From NCBI GenBank assembly GCA_951406725.2, contig OX597828.1, forward strand, positions 8,494,001 through 8,558,000: a stretch of 64,000 bases of DNA, given 5' to 3'. The number at the start of each line of letters is the position of its first letter. Position 1 is the first letter of the stretch. Below the pieces are notes generated by a model. The model saw nothing but the letters and a program-made list of their open reading frames with translations. It did not search any database and was not told the DNA's origin. Below are positions 41,438-56,365 of the stretch, in pieces. Source of the stretch: Octopus vulgaris (Eukaryota). The translations under genes were made by a program, and so were the position numbers.

Positions 41438-41768
41438 CATACATACATACATACATACATGTATGTATGTATGTATGTATGTATGTATGCATGTTTGTAT
41501 GTATGTAATAAATTTAATAAATGAGAAAAGAAGAAAGGAAAAACACCCGATTTACCACTGGTTTTCAATATGTACGCAATATGGCAGAGAAAAACTATTC
41601 ACAACCCAAAGGGTAAATATATTCAATATACAAAAAATAACAGCAAGTGGAGATTTACGATTCAGGTATTTTAAATATGATTTATTAAGAAATTATATTA
41701 GAATAAACTATGTTAATAAATTATATTTAAGATATTTGAATCGTAATTCTCCATTTTCTTTTAATTTT

Positions 41769-41827
<59 letters not shown>

Positions 41828-41873
41828 GCATGTATGTATATATATATGTAATTCTCCATTTTCTTTTAACTGT

Positions 41874-41964
<91 letters not shown>

Positions 41965-41965
<1 letters not shown>

Positions 41966-42720
41966 GTATATTTTGTTTCGAATTTGTGTCAATGTGTATA
42001 GAATGATATATAAGTTGAATAAAGTTAAAACGTATTCTGGATTTCACCATTTTTATTTTTGCATCTTAACAAAATTAGCGCTTTCATGCGTAGTGTATTC
42101 ATCAGATTTCAAATGTGTTTAAATAACAGTTGAGTTTTTGAGAACTATACCATCTCTTAGAACGCTCCTATCAACTGAATTTTTATAATACAATTTTGAT
42201 CAATCTGCATGCTGTTACACATCATAGCCAGGCGTATCGATATTGGTTTTTATATTATTGCTGTTATTTCCGTGCAGAACAGGTTTGAACAATTTAATAA
42301 CCAGTCTTTCTTTTATGTAACATCCAACCTCGGTTCCGTCATGTAATTTGTGGAAAGGAAAAAAATTAGAAACATTTTCTATCCAGATGTCTCTATGTGT
42401 TCGCCGAATGGAAGATGGCGGACATTGGTGCTCCAGATTCTTTGTTTGTGGACTCGTGAGCGTTCCGATAAAGCATTCCCTGCTTTGCCTCTATATAATT
42501 CCTCGCAATTCGGGCATTTAATGCAGCAGATCAAATTTCTGATATTGCAGTCCATATCTGCAATTGTGGAAATCTGTCCATTTTTTATTCTAATGGATCT
42601 GCCTGCATGCTTGTATTGACACGCCCCACATTTGCTATCATTACATTTGGATATTGTTATCCCGTTTGTTCTTCTTGAATTTTGCCTTTGTACTTCAGAG
42701 AAATGTTGCATATTGTTACT
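41965..42720 (-). mobile_element. Penelope-like element 3' fragment: Cys-rich linker, GIY-YIG endonuclease and pLTR
   Basis: KCNDSKCGAC...MDCNIRNLICCIKCPNCEELYRGKAGNALSERSRVHKQRI; HHR downstream on the same strand; ends at (TA)n. Confidence 0.85.
42072..42109 (-). ncRNA. Minimal type I hammerhead ribozyme
   Basis: Minus strand AAAT-CTGATGA-ATAC actac GCAT-GAAA-GCGC-TA-ATTT; palindromic AGCGCT stem III. Confidence 0.8.
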
Positions 42721-42852
42721 GTTCCACTTTTATAGTACACACACATATACATAAACAAACAAACACACATACACACACAGAAACACACACGTACTTAAAT
42801 TTATATGTATACATATGCATATAAATATGCTTAAAGAGACAATATTTACATA

Positions 42853-42957
42853 TCATCTGAGGAAACGCAACTAGATCTCATAATGCAGGGTAACGGTTGC
42901 ATAATAAAGTACCAGCATGCCAGGAAAACTACGTTGGGCAGAAACAATAGTAGCGAT
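42853..42957 (+). ncRNA. Degenerate hammerhead-like motif with long stem II insert
   Basis: ATCAT-CTGAGGA-aacgcaac...(~60 nt)...gttgggca-GAAA-CAATAG-TA-GCGAT. Confidence 0.45.
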
Positions 42958-43257
42958 TGAAAATATATGTTCAACCGTACTTATTCTTGGTGAATCCAAT
43001 TTTTTTCAGTCATATGTTCACACACGACAAAAGCCCAGGCGCCCACCTGAAAGTATGTGTAATACTGTTACAAGATAGGACAGGGTGAAATCTGAAGGTT
43101 GGCTAGCTCTATACTCTACTCTACTACGCTCTTAATAGAATATACCATAAGAATATATGCATGTATATATACATACATACATATATACATACATATATAC
43201 ATATATATATATGTATATACATACATATATACATACATATACATATATATATATATA

Positions 43258-43808
43258 CCACACCCCTCCCCCACACCCCTCCCCCACATACCTCACCTCT
43301 AACTCCACCACCCACTCTACCCCAACTCCAAGCCGAACCCACACACCACACTACACTACACCCTACAATATCACATGCCTCCCCCTTCTCCCCACAACAT
43401 CACAACACACCTCCCACACACCCATCCACACATATTCACACCAGCACATACATACACACACACGTCCAAACCACCAGCCCTTTGTCACGCACATACATAC
43501 TCTCTTATGCGCACACGCACCTTTGTGTTGGGGGCACCTTCGTGTTGGAGGTCATCTTGACCTTGTTGTCTCCCCTACCTTCCCGTCTGACAATTCTGTC
43601 CGAGGCAGACGCCATGATAGATCGCTACTACACACATTTTTTCTCTCCTTGTTTCTCTCCTTGTTTTTTCTGTATCTCTTTCTGTAGAAGAGCGTAGGCT
43701 CAAAACGTAAAAGACTTTTTTCTATTCCTGAGCGCTATACTAATACATCTGATTGTTTGTACACCACCTGCCTTCGTATTTTGTTTATTTTCGTAAAATT
43801 TCCCTTTA
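43258..43808 (+). mobile_element. Family P1 non-autonomous PLE-like element (C/A-rich 5' part; dead HHR at 43677-43714)
   Basis: tcttt-CTGTAGAA-GAGC gtag GCTC-AAAA-CG-TA-AAAGA; between TA arrays; reverse homologue at 61440-62075. Confidence 0.75.
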
Positions 43809-44467
43809 TATATATATATACACACACACATACAAGCATACATACATACATGTGCGTGTGTGTGTGTTTGCCTATATTTGCTGAGGAATTCATGTTTACT
43901 AAAAAGATCTTTAATTTTATAAACTCTACACATACTATTCTGTACCTAATCGCACATAGAAAGCAGAACTAAATATATTGGTTTCAAATTTTTGCACAAG
44001 ATCAGATATTCCAGGGAAGTGATTAAATAGATTTGATCGACCTCAGTGTTTAACTGCTACTTATTTTATCAAACCAGAAAGGATGACAGTAAAGAAGAAC
44101 GAAACAGCGCAGAGCATTTTGCCTGCTTTAATTAAGATTCTGCTTGCGCACTGGCCTGGGACAAATAAATATATAGCAATAACATATATCTAGACTTCAC
44201 TTCCAACTTAATTTGAGATATTTTCGTTCAATTGTTGCACAGTTTTATTTTCTCATCAACATCCAAGTTTTTCACAGAACTATGCACGAGTTAGTCTCTC
44301 TTGACTTCATAGAGATTGTTAAAATGTTAGAAAATGAATATATAACTAAACATATACGCACATAGAGATATACGCATGCGCAAATGAAGACACATACAAT
44401 AGAAATACAAAATGGCTGACGGTTAGTAAAGGAGAGACACACACATAAGAAGGAAGAAAGCAAAGGA

Positions 44468-44507
44468 CCACTGATGCGGTCACAGGAGTGTGACGAAAGA
44501 ACTCTGG
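44468..44507 (+). ncRNA. Type I hammerhead-like motif (A9C variant)
   Basis: CCA-CTGATGC-G-GTCACA ggag TGTGAC-GAAA-GAAC-TC-TGG. Confidence 0.6.
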
Positions 44508-45091
44508 CCGAAATAAGATTAAGATTTTATGTAAGAAATAAATAACACTGAAGCAAAGTAACACCAAATATATAGTGCGTGTGTTTTTATTGGCTAAACT
44601 GGCAAAATGACCATTCCGAAATACAACAATGTCTGTTTCAACACACGACTTCACATAAAAAATCTTGCACCACAAATATATAATATTGTTTCGATTAAGA
44701 TCGATGAAGAAAACGTTCGTGTGTCTCTCATAATAGATATTGGTGTTTTAGTTTTAGACAATTGTAAGCTAAGTACGTACTATCTATATAGTTCAATTCA
44801 ACATGCATGTATACATGTATGAGTACGAATATTTCTAGCATGTATGTGAGCGTTTATGTTTACATGTGTGTGTGTGTTAATATGTGTGTTTGTACGCGCA
44901 TGTGTGTGTGTATCATATATACTCGCATCACTTTCCAAATGAAACTGAAAACGCCATATATGATATATATACACACAGAGTATAAAATTTATTTTTTTGA
45001 TGTTGGAGTAACGCTACACAAGTACAATAAAATTCAAATTTTCTGTTAGAAATTGTGTGAGAGTGCGTAAGTGTGTTTGTATGTGTGTCTG

Positions 45092-45217
<126 letters not shown>

Positions 45218-45818
45218 GCTTGTGCTAGCGAACATATATATGTATACGTCCATTGTATGCGTGTGTATATTTGTGTTTATGTAAGTGAACGTGTTATACG
45301 TTGAACATGAGGCTGAAATCAAACTTCATTCTATCTGATAAGAATAATTAATAAAAAACAATTCTGGTATATTTCATTTGTCATTTATAATCTATCAATA
45401 TCATTTTTTCATCATATTTTATGTTTGTTTTTATCTTTACAAGATTGTCCAAAAATATCTTGATATCTTTCCCGATTGTGTATGAAATATGTTCTATTGT
45501 ACCATTATCTATTTCTATATATATATATATATATATATTTGATATGTATTTATGTATGTGTGACTATGTTTATAGATACATATATACGTACATGCATACA
45601 TATATATATATATAGATATGTATACACTCGCACACACAAATATATATATATATATATATATATGCACGTACATAAGTTTATGCGCATATAAATGTGTATA
45701 TTTATCTTATTGTTTTTGTCTGTGCGTGTGTGTGCGCGCGTTTATTCGTGTGTTTGTTAAGACTTAGGAAGTGTTTGCGATGTACTTTTATTTGTATATT
45801 TTCTTTCCGATATAATAT

Positions 45819-45883
<65 letters not shown>

Positions 45884-45924
45884 CGTATACACATACGCAC
45901 ACATATTTACGTTGATAGAGTGAG

Positions 45925-46330
45925 TCTCAAGGCTGGACATAAACTAGACATATAAAGTGCGTGGGAAACTGATGTTCGAGATCGGAACAATGTGAAAAGG
46001 TGCTGTTAGGATCGGTTGCAATGCCTGGGAGGAAAAGATGATTCAGTACTCTGAGCTTAAAAGGGCCCCTTCGCAAAGGAGCGACTGGAACTGTAATCAA
46101 CAGTGAACATTGGATATTTATTATATGTGATCGGGTTCTGTTGCCAAAAGCAAGATACGTGAATCATATGAAGTCACATGAAAATTAAAATGCCTCGGTA
46201 TTTAATGATTTTCCTCACCAACCGCATCTTAGGACTTTTGTTATATGTCACAAAACTTGTTAGACAACATCTGAACTTCAGACGCATATGCTAAATCACA
46301 AAATGTTCATTTAGAATCAAATTCCAAAGA
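45925..46330 (+). mobile_element. RTE-type LINE 3' end with C2H2-like remnant
   Basis: WETDVRDRN...AVRIGCNAWEEK...ICDRVLLPKARYVNHMKSH. Confidence 0.6.
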
Positions 46331-46480
46331 GCAAAGGTTTAGAAGAAACTTGAATAATACCTGTGACAGTTAGCTGCTGTCTTAAAAGACATCTGAGGAC
46401 TCATCAACGGATTGATTGTGCTGTGTGATTCGGTGTGGTATGTGTATTGACGGGTCGGCTATCTGTCAAGATGAAGCAAT

Positions 46481-46501
46481 TATCATCATCATCATCACCA
46501 C

Positions 46502-46543
<42 letters not shown>

Positions 46544-46578
46544 ATTCCTCCTCCTCCTCATCATCATCATCACCACCA

Positions 46579-46636
<58 letters not shown>
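46481..46636. repeat. (CAT)n followed by (TA)n
   Basis: Read directly from sequence. Confidence 0.95.
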
Positions 46637-46641
<5 letters not shown>

Positions 46642-47066
46642 GTATGCACTCACGTGTGTGTATATGTGTAGTGTGCATGATGTAAAACGGCACTAAGATA
46701 TGAATGATAAACTCATCTTTATCCCAAATTATCCAGATTCGTATCTAAAGTGAGTAATGCAATAATGCAGCAATACTCATCATTTTACAGTGATGAGAAC
46801 TCACTCACTTGGCAGCGACTTCTGTCTATATCTTGGACTACTTCTTTCTTCAGAAGTGTGTCTTTAGAGATTCAAATCAGCCATCTGTTGTTCGTATGTG
46901 TATAATTATTCTTATCCGTAACGTTCAATATTTTGATTAATAGTCAATACAATTGACTACCATTCCTCCGATGCTGTCGATACGGTAGCATGACTATGTA
47001 GGTTTCTCTTGTAATTGATTTTTGTGTACTATCTTGCGCTGTTGAAAACCACTTATCTCTAATAGA

Positions 47067-47796
<730 letters not shown>

Positions 47797-48202
47797 TGAT
47801 ACATCACTGTAGATTTGGCACAAGGCCAGCATGTGTAAGTTGGTGGGGGTGTTAGTCAATGCCATCAACTTTTGTTACGTTGTTTTTTCACCCAAAATTT
47901 TCTCCTCAGCAGGATTTGAACTCCTTGAATAGACGGTCAAGAAATACTGCTGTGCATTTTGTTCAACGCGGAAGCGTCTCTGCCACTTCGCCAAAGCTTT
48001 CTTTACGAAATGTTTTTTTTTAAACCCAAAATAATGATTTACTTCCAAGATAACAAGATATTTATTTGCGTAGGAAATATCACATCCATCAACTATAACA
48101 GACACGATTGCTGATGATGAACCACTATTCGAGCCATAGTCATCTCTTCTCTTTGTGCGGGGACTGTGCAAGTATATGTTTACAATATTATGAATGGTGT
48201 TT

Positions 48203-48410
48203 AGGCGGTGGGCTGGCAGAATGGACAGTACCCGGAGCAAAATGCCGCTAGGTATTTTTCCTGTCTTTACTTTCTGTGTTCAAATGCCACCGCAGTTAAC
48301 TTTTCCTTTCGAGGGTTGATAAAATAAATATCAGTTGAGTACTGGGTTCTATCTAAATAACTTGGCCCCACTCCCCCAAAATTGCTGGCCTTTCGTCTAA
48401 AATTTAAGCC
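48203..48410 (+). mobile_element. SINE family B-related, diverged
   Basis: aggcggtgggctggcagaat...gttcaaatgccaccgcag. Confidence 0.7.
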
Positions 48411-49756
48411 AATATTATGCATGATGTACCATGTTGTTTTTAAGACACTAAATTACGTATTGAGAGAGATTACTACGCAAAATCTTGAACGTGAAATGAC
48501 TAAGTTAAGTTTGATTATTGACTCGAAAATTGTATAAGAAAGGAAAACTCCGTAGAGCTGTAGTGATGATTCTTTCTTCTATGTCACTGTGGACCTATTT
48601 TTAAAAGTTGAAATCTCTCCCACGTGAAACGACATGGTCCTTTAAGTGGTTAAGTTCAATAAAGGACCAGCAAAATACTGAGTCGATATTATAAATTACT
48701 GTTCCTTATACATTCTCAATTCGAGAATAAAAGACTACTGATTGCTTCCAGACATTTCTAGTCAATATTGCATAAAACTATGCAGGTTTCTCCTTTGATA
48801 ATAATACATGAACACATAGGGTGATGATAGAGTCGAAAAGTCCAAAGTTTAGTTCGTATGAAATTCTCTTTAATTTCAAAATGAAAACTAAACATTACGA
48901 AATATATAAGGTAAGTGCACGACTGAAATAACGGATTATATAACCGCAGTGCAAAGAAGGTCCTTATAATCTGAACGACGGTGCTGTAGAAATCCAATTA
49001 TTTTAACCTGAAACATCACATTTTCTGTTGCTTACAATAAATAATATTATTGTTACAAACATCTCTCTTAGGAATTATTACGGCTTTGTGCCGGCATACT
49101 GAGAATCGGGGCAATCCTCAGCTTATCAATCAATTTGCCTTGTGTTATTTGTTCTATTTTTATTTTGTGCGTGCGTTCTGAGTTCAGATCATACTGAGGA
49201 CAAATGTCAATTTTCATATTTCTATTATAAATAAAGAAAAGACAATTATAACATGGGTGGTATTAGTATAATCAGTAGACTGGCGACTGGGGTGTCTTGA
49301 TATAATTGTTCACATGCTTCCGTTTTGATTTTTAGTAGAACATTATAATATACGGTATTAAACTGAACACCAAACATAAGCCTACTGTATGTGTGACTAA
49401 CAACTAAAGAATATGTCGCAGATCGCGGAATGGAAAGTCTATTTTTTCTCTTTGTGCAGAATTAACAATTACTATGATGCTGAAGTATATATCATTTTCC
49501 GTGGGGAAAAAAAAGAAAAGGAAAGTAATTGAAAGACTTATGCCTCTAATGAAAATTGAGATTATTCAAAAGGTGTGAGAGACTTCAAGATTTGAAGTTC
49601 GGCGTATCCGAATCACTGTAGATATTCATCATATATAAACAAATTTGTGATATATTATACATGCTATCACCATTTTGTTGATTGCATATTGATTTAAGGG
49701 TCATTTTACTTAAGCTATATACATGCATACATGCACACACACATATCACATTATAA

Positions 49757-49983
49757 CGAGCTGGCAGAATCGTTAGCACGCCGGGCGAAATGCTTAGCGG
49801 TATTTCGTCTGCCATTACGTTCTGAGATCAAATTCCGCCGAAGTCGACTTTGCCTTTCATAATTTTGGGGTCGATTAAATATGTACCATTTACGCACTGG
49901 GGTCGATGTAATCGACTTAATCCTTTTGTCTATTTATGTTTTTTTCCTTTCTATGTTTAGCCCCTTGTAGGCAATAAAGAAAT
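49757..49983 (+). mobile_element. SINE family B
   Basis: gagctggcagaatcgttagcacgccgggcgaaatgc...gtcgactttgcctttcat...ttagccccttgt. Confidence 0.9.
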
Positions 49984-50105
49984 ATATATATATATATGCA
50001 TATATACGTATATATATATATGTGTGTGTGTGTGTGTATGTCTGCGTGTGTAAGTATATATATATATATATATATATATCCATCTATCTATCTGTCAATC
50101 AATCT

Positions 50106-50140
<35 letters not shown>

Positions 50141-50834
50141 ACATCTTATTCATTTTATGATTGATTTCACAAAAGAGAGACTATATTTTGTTAAATAAGG
50201 CATTTCGTATAAGATGTCTTTCTTGTGTAATCCACTTGAATACGCATTAATGCTAGAGATAATTATTTATCAGGTGGCAATCAATAAGTAAACTTTCACC
50301 ACCAAACACTTTCACCAATAATTATTGTTTTCATTCACCTCATCATAAATTCATTCATTCCATCGACTGCAACATGCCAATGATTAAGAGCCTAGACTAT
50401 TTAAATTATAAAGATACAGTTGTGAAACGTATCGACCTGAAGTGGTGTCACCAGCTTCAGACGTTTTGACCTTATTGATCCTCCTCATTCCGATAAAGTC
50501 TTATTACTAAGAGTTCGTCTCTAATCAATAGAATGTGTCGTATCTAAGGAAAGAAAATGGCCAAAATATGAAGACTTTTAGAAGCCAATAAGATAAGCAT
50601 TTCATATTTATTTATATACTTATACGTTGACACGTTATATGTAGATATTGCGCTTGTTAAAGATATTCAGGTTATAATTTCTTAGATTCTACTATTACTA
50701 CTATTCTAAACAGAGAAAGTTATATCTGTATATTATTTAACGTTACGATTTATAGAATATATTTTCCATGTTAGATATTATTTGTGCTTAACATGCCATC
50801 ATATGAGTTTCATATTAGCATCCAATTCGTCCGT

Positions 50835-51025
50835 GAGGAGGCTGAATCGTTAGCCCACCGGACACAATATTGAGCAGTGTTTCCCCCGTCTTTAAGTTCT
50901 GAGTTCAAATGCCACCGAAATCGACTTTGTCTTTCATTTTTTCGGAGTCGTTGGTGAAGTACCAGTTGAGGACTGGAGTCGATATAATCGTTCATCCCCA
51001 CCTCCCTCAAAGCTGCAGGCCATGA
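50835..51025 (+). mobile_element. SINE family B-related, diverged
   Basis: gaatcgttagc...gttctgagttcaaatgccaccgaaatcgactttg. Confidence 0.75.
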
Positions 51026-51149
51026 GTTTTTTTGCAGAAATGGCATTTAGCTTCCTTTTGACAAAAGTAGTGTAGTAGAAAAATAATGTGTTGACAAATT
51101 AATATTTAGTTTCATTATACTGCGTCGAGAGTTGAAGCTCTTCAGAGGA

Positions 51150-51630
51150 CTTAGAATTTATTACCACTTGTTGCCCGATGAAATATATATATACCAGAGT
51201 TCGAAATATTAGTTAATGAAAAGCCTCATCTACTTTTGAAATCATAGATGACAGAGGTTACGATACATAAGAAACTGATCTTCAAGTCACTTTATGCAAA
51301 ACACCCATCTTCTTTCCGGCACATCATCAAAAGTGAAGCTTCTGAGTTGGCTACTACCTACTTATGGAGTTTGAAGACCACCTGCACACCAGATACAATC
51401 AAGTGGAGAATCTTCCTGAAATCCATGACATATGTAAATGGATCTAATAATTGCAGCTTATGCCTAGCTGAAAGATCGAACATTCGTCTTTTAGAGGCAA
51501 GAAACCTATCACACTACTTAATACTAGATCCGAAATTTTCAGCGAAGGCAAACATATTCTCAAATTACATTTGACGAACTGGGGGATACAACGCTTTCAG
51601 GATTGAGCAACTGTCTCGCGAAGTTTGTCA
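51150..51630 (+). mobile_element. Penelope-like GIY-YIG endonuclease C-terminal remnant (third PLE lineage in the window)
   Basis: FKSLYAKHPSSF...ELATTYLWSLK...IKWRI...CSLCLAE pattern; HHR-like remnant TTGACGA at ~51571. Confidence 0.65.
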
Positions 51631-51794
51631 TTCTTCCCGTTAATTATTATACAACGTGTTTAATTATAACTTCTACAATTATAACTTTCTCTTTTCTTTT
51701 CCCGTTCTTATTCACTCTTTTTCATATCATTCCGCTTTTGGATCTCGATTTTTTGTGGTATCTTATCTATCTGCGTTTTAATTTTCAAATAGAA

Positions 51795-52040
51795 CCATAC
51801 AATTTCAAAATAAGGTGATTAAATAAAAATAAACAACAAGGATATCCAGAGGTAATGCAGTACGATCGTTTCAAGCAACTCCATTTAATTGAACAATGCA
51901 ATAATTACATTAATTTAAATGCAATATAATGATTGCATTGTTCAGTTAAATGGAGTTGATTGAAGCGATCGTACTGCCTTACCTCTGGATATAATTGTTA
52001 CTTATTTTAATTTTAATCACCTTATTTTGAAATTGTATGG
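51795..52040. repeat. Imperfect palindrome, ~110 bp arms, short spacer
   Basis: ccatacaatttcaaaataaggtgatt / aatcaccttattttgaaattgtatgg. Confidence 0.92.
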
Positions 52041-52871
52041 ATAATACCGTACTAAATTCTGGTGCCATAACCTAAGTACCATATTCATCTGAATGATAAC
52101 AGTAGGTGTGGACTCTCGTATCTTGCGAAAAGATTGAAGACCCACTCGTACATTTGATAATCAAATGAGGGAAAATGCATTTTCTACTGTTTTCCTCACT
52201 TCTGAAAATTTTTTTTATTTGTTTGGAAAAGCCTCTACGCCTGGGAAGCAATCAAGTTGCGTGTTTTTAACTTTCCTTATCTAACTTCTCGGTGAAAGAC
52301 TATAGCTCCTTGCAGATTGAAATTTAAAGCTTTCGACTTCTCAAAAATCCGATAATATAAAACCATATTGGATGTAATTTTCATTATATTTTCGTTTTGA
52401 TGAGATGGACACTATATGTGCACTATAAATAAATAAAAAATGAAAAACTACTAGGACTACTAAACAATTCACTTAAAGATAAACCCGGTTTAAAATCAGA
52501 AATATAATATATTGTAGTAAAACTGCAGTTCGTCATGTAATATAATTGATTTATATTTATCGTATTTTAAGATTTATATAATTATATTTATATAATTATA
52601 TATTTAGGCTCCATCTTTGGACTGTTCTTGCTTGGATCGTTGCTTCAGGAAAATCCAGAAAGTGTTTTTTGAAGCTCTCCAGGAATCTCTCACGACACAC
52701 CGCTGTGCTGCGGCACAGTTTCTCACACACTGCTCTAGATGAATTATATATAATCGCAGGTTCGAGCCTGGGAAGAGATACGTTTAACATTAATAAACTT
52801 CCTTTGTAACCACAGAATGAAAACAATGTATTTAGGTTTTAAACCAAAAACGTACACACAGAAACACACAT

Positions 52872-53080
52872 TCTTTATCTTTTACTCGTTTCAGTTAATA
52901 AAACACGGTCATACTGCAGCACTGACTTAAAGTGTTTTAGTCGAGAAAAACGCTTCCATAACTTATTTATAAAACTTGGTATTCTATCGATCTTTTATTG
53001 TCGATCCGCTAAGTGACAAGGACGTAACACACCAACACCGATTCTCAAACGGTGGTTCGATAGAAACACAGATACAAAGA
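52872..53080 (-). mobile_element. SINE family A, 3' half
   Basis: ttttactcgtttcagt...tattctatcgatc...ccgctaagt. Confidence 0.7.
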
Positions 53081-53165
53081 CACACACACACACACATGCA
53101 TTTATTCTGGCAAGTAGAGTGATAACATGTATATAGAGTGATACATATATTCAAGTTTGTATACA

Positions 53166-53205
<40 letters not shown>

Positions 53206-53384
53206 CATACATATACATATGTAAACACATACATACATACACTTACATATATACACATATACACACGCACACACATACACATACACACATACACATACGC
53301 ACACAGACACGCACACACATATATATATATACATACATTGTGATGACGACGACGATAATAATTATAATAATAATAATGATAAAG

Positions 53385-53530
53385 TGATTTTCATGGCTTG
53401 TGATCAGGACGAACTATAGTGGGGATCATCATAATTATCTGTTGAAAGGAATTCTTTGAAGGTTTGGATAATTCACCTCTGGATACATGAGTCCTTCGTT
53501 CATAATCCTTAAACAAGACTTATTCAGATG
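53385..53530 (+). mobile_element. Diverged homologue of 37270-37683 following (AAT)n
   Basis: ataattcacctctgga and atccttaaacaa are shared. Confidence 0.7.
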
Positions 53531-53971
53531 CATTTTGAAGAAAATTCCAATTGGGCCCACCTGGAAAGGATGAATTAGATAAAATGATAAATGAAATGAA
53601 GCCGTTCGGTCCCACCTCCGAGCGACTTCATTGGACCTTTTTAATACAACATTTTTTAAAAACATTATGTGTAACCGTTAATTTTCATCTTTCCGATGAT
53701 GTCTATGTTAAATTCTTTAAAAGTTCAAAATAACCTATACAAAGTCTTTCTATACATGTTCCTATACTCTCGAAAGATATTCTGGGTCTGCCACCGCACA
53801 CTGAAGGTACTCGGGTATTCCCCTAAATTCTGTTATATTCACTTTATCTCTCTGTCCCATGAGTTTATCTCATTATGAAGTTTTTCTTTTTGTCTGTTGT
53901 ACAGTATATTTTTCATAATTGACAAAGGTGTGGAAGTTTGGGGCTCCTAGGTGCTCGTGCTTGTCTTTGTG

Positions 53972-54545
53972 TCAAGTAGGACATGGAGAGGATTGATGTC
54001 TGTAGGGGAAGAGTGGGTGTGGGCGGGTGTCAGATGGGTGTGGGATGGGGTTATCATTTAAAAAGTTTGTTTTTTTCCTTCTCATCTTTTCCCCAGCCGT
54101 TTCCCTGCCGTTCTTTTCCTCCTTCACCTTCACTTCCCCGGCGCTGCTACTGGTTTTCGTCGGTGATGAAGTCGCAATTTCGTTCCTGCTTTCGGGTTTC
54201 TTTTTAGTCTTCATGGGTGGCGGAGGACAGTCCGCTCTGATGTGGCCTTTCAGGCTACATTTATAACACCGCGGAATACTGCCTTCTACTCTGACTCTGA
54301 GTGTTACATCTTCGACCGTGACGGTCTCGACCATGTTTACAAGGTCTCTGGGGCCGCCAGGATTATTATATCTAAGCCCTGCCCTTGCAGTTCTTACGGG
54401 TGGTTCTGGTGGCCTGGAGGACCACTACCTTCTCTTCCGCGCCTAGCAGTTTGGCAGGTGCTAGCCAGACTATATCAATTTCTGGGGTGTATATCTTCTA
54501 CCATAACGCTGGATGTGAACTCATAGAAAGGTGTACTAGCAACAT
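53972..54545 (-). mobile_element. LINE ORF1/gag-like remnant with CCHC zinc knuckle
   Basis: VRVEGSIPRCYKCSLKGHIRADC (CX2CX4HX4C) followed by a K/E/S-rich tail; upstream frame is disrupted. Confidence 0.7.
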
Positions 54546-54952
54546 TAAGCATAACTTAAGGCGGTACTCCAGCGTCGCCACAGTCAAATAACTGAAACAA
54601 GTAAAAGAGTAAGAGCATACACATATCAGCATACATACGCCTATATATTCGTATACAAATATGTGTGTGTGTTGTGTCTGTGTGAGAGATATGCATTGAG
54701 CTATGTAATCTTAGAGCATTTGCTTATAAGATATAGTCAACTCACAGCTGAGTGTGAGTGCACCACTTTAAACCAGAGTTAGCTGTAAGCTAATCAATTT
54801 CTTTGCATAGATTTCTGTTCCTTTGTCAATTATTTCATTTCATATTACGCTCTGTACACGAATAACAGTTTATTCGGAAGCATATGTGTACAGAGTTCTA
54901 CTACCAAGTTAATAGTATCACAATGCGTAATTGAAATACCTACGTACTTACG

Positions 54953-54984
<32 letters not shown>

Positions 54985-55408
54985 ATTTATATACATTTAT
55001 ATCATATGTGTATGTTGTGTGAATGTGTTTGTGTGTATATTTGAGTTTATGTTGGTATACAGTGTTCGGTCTGAGCGAATTATATACTCTAAACCCTCTG
55101 AATTTCTTTGATGTAATAAGAAAACGACTTACACAATGTTCCCTTTTGCCAATGTTTATCGATTTTTCAATCATAATTGGTCTCGAACATAATTTGATGA
55201 ATACGTTCACTCACTTAGACACACACAAGTACTAACACACAAATACACACACACACACGCATGCACGCACGCGCGCACATGCACACACACACACATACCA
55301 TGCACAAACCAGTTACTCAGAAATAACACGTACACGTACTAAACCAGAAACTGAGTGCGATATACTTTGCAAAATTCAGTTTTAGTATATATATGTAGGA
55401 GCGTTTGC

Positions 55409-55634
<226 letters not shown>

Positions 55635-56365
55635 TTCTTTACATGACTGCAATACGAAACTAAGACCTAACAAGAGAAACCTTTTAAAATTAAGTAATTA
55701 TTTCACAGATGAAAAAAGTGTGACAATAGTGAAAAAAAGGTCTAATTTTATTATTTTAAATAAAATACAACACGCTATAAAAACAACAATACATATACAT
55801 ACATACACACACACATATATATATATATATATGCGCACAAACAAACTACATATACACATAAATACACTTTATCTCCTGATGTACAGAGTAAAATAATTAG
55901 TGTATGAAAGACATGATCTTAGAAATAAACTCATAATTTATATAAACATACACAGAAAATCAATACAGAAATATAATTTTACCATTTTTCATCAATTTTT
56001 TTCACTCACTTTTTCGTATGGGTAGCCTCCAGTTTCTTTCCTTGTGTGTATATACTGAATTACTACATCTAGGACCTTTTCATGAAGCGATGGTCATGCA
56101 TGTGTATGTGTGTGTTCGTGAGTGCATGTATGCGTGTGTATGCATGTGAGCGTGTACGAATGAGGGAGAGAGAGAGATTCTGTGTGTGTGTATGTGTGTG
56201 TATGAATGTATGTGTGTATGTGTGTTTGCCTCTTGAAAATTAAGCCTGTCCAATGATATTGTGTAGACGTTTAACAGATACACCTGTCTTCAATTCCTTG
56301 TGTACTTGTTTATTATTGTGATTGATCTCGGTTGTAATTTTTGTAGTTTCGTGTTGTATATACAA

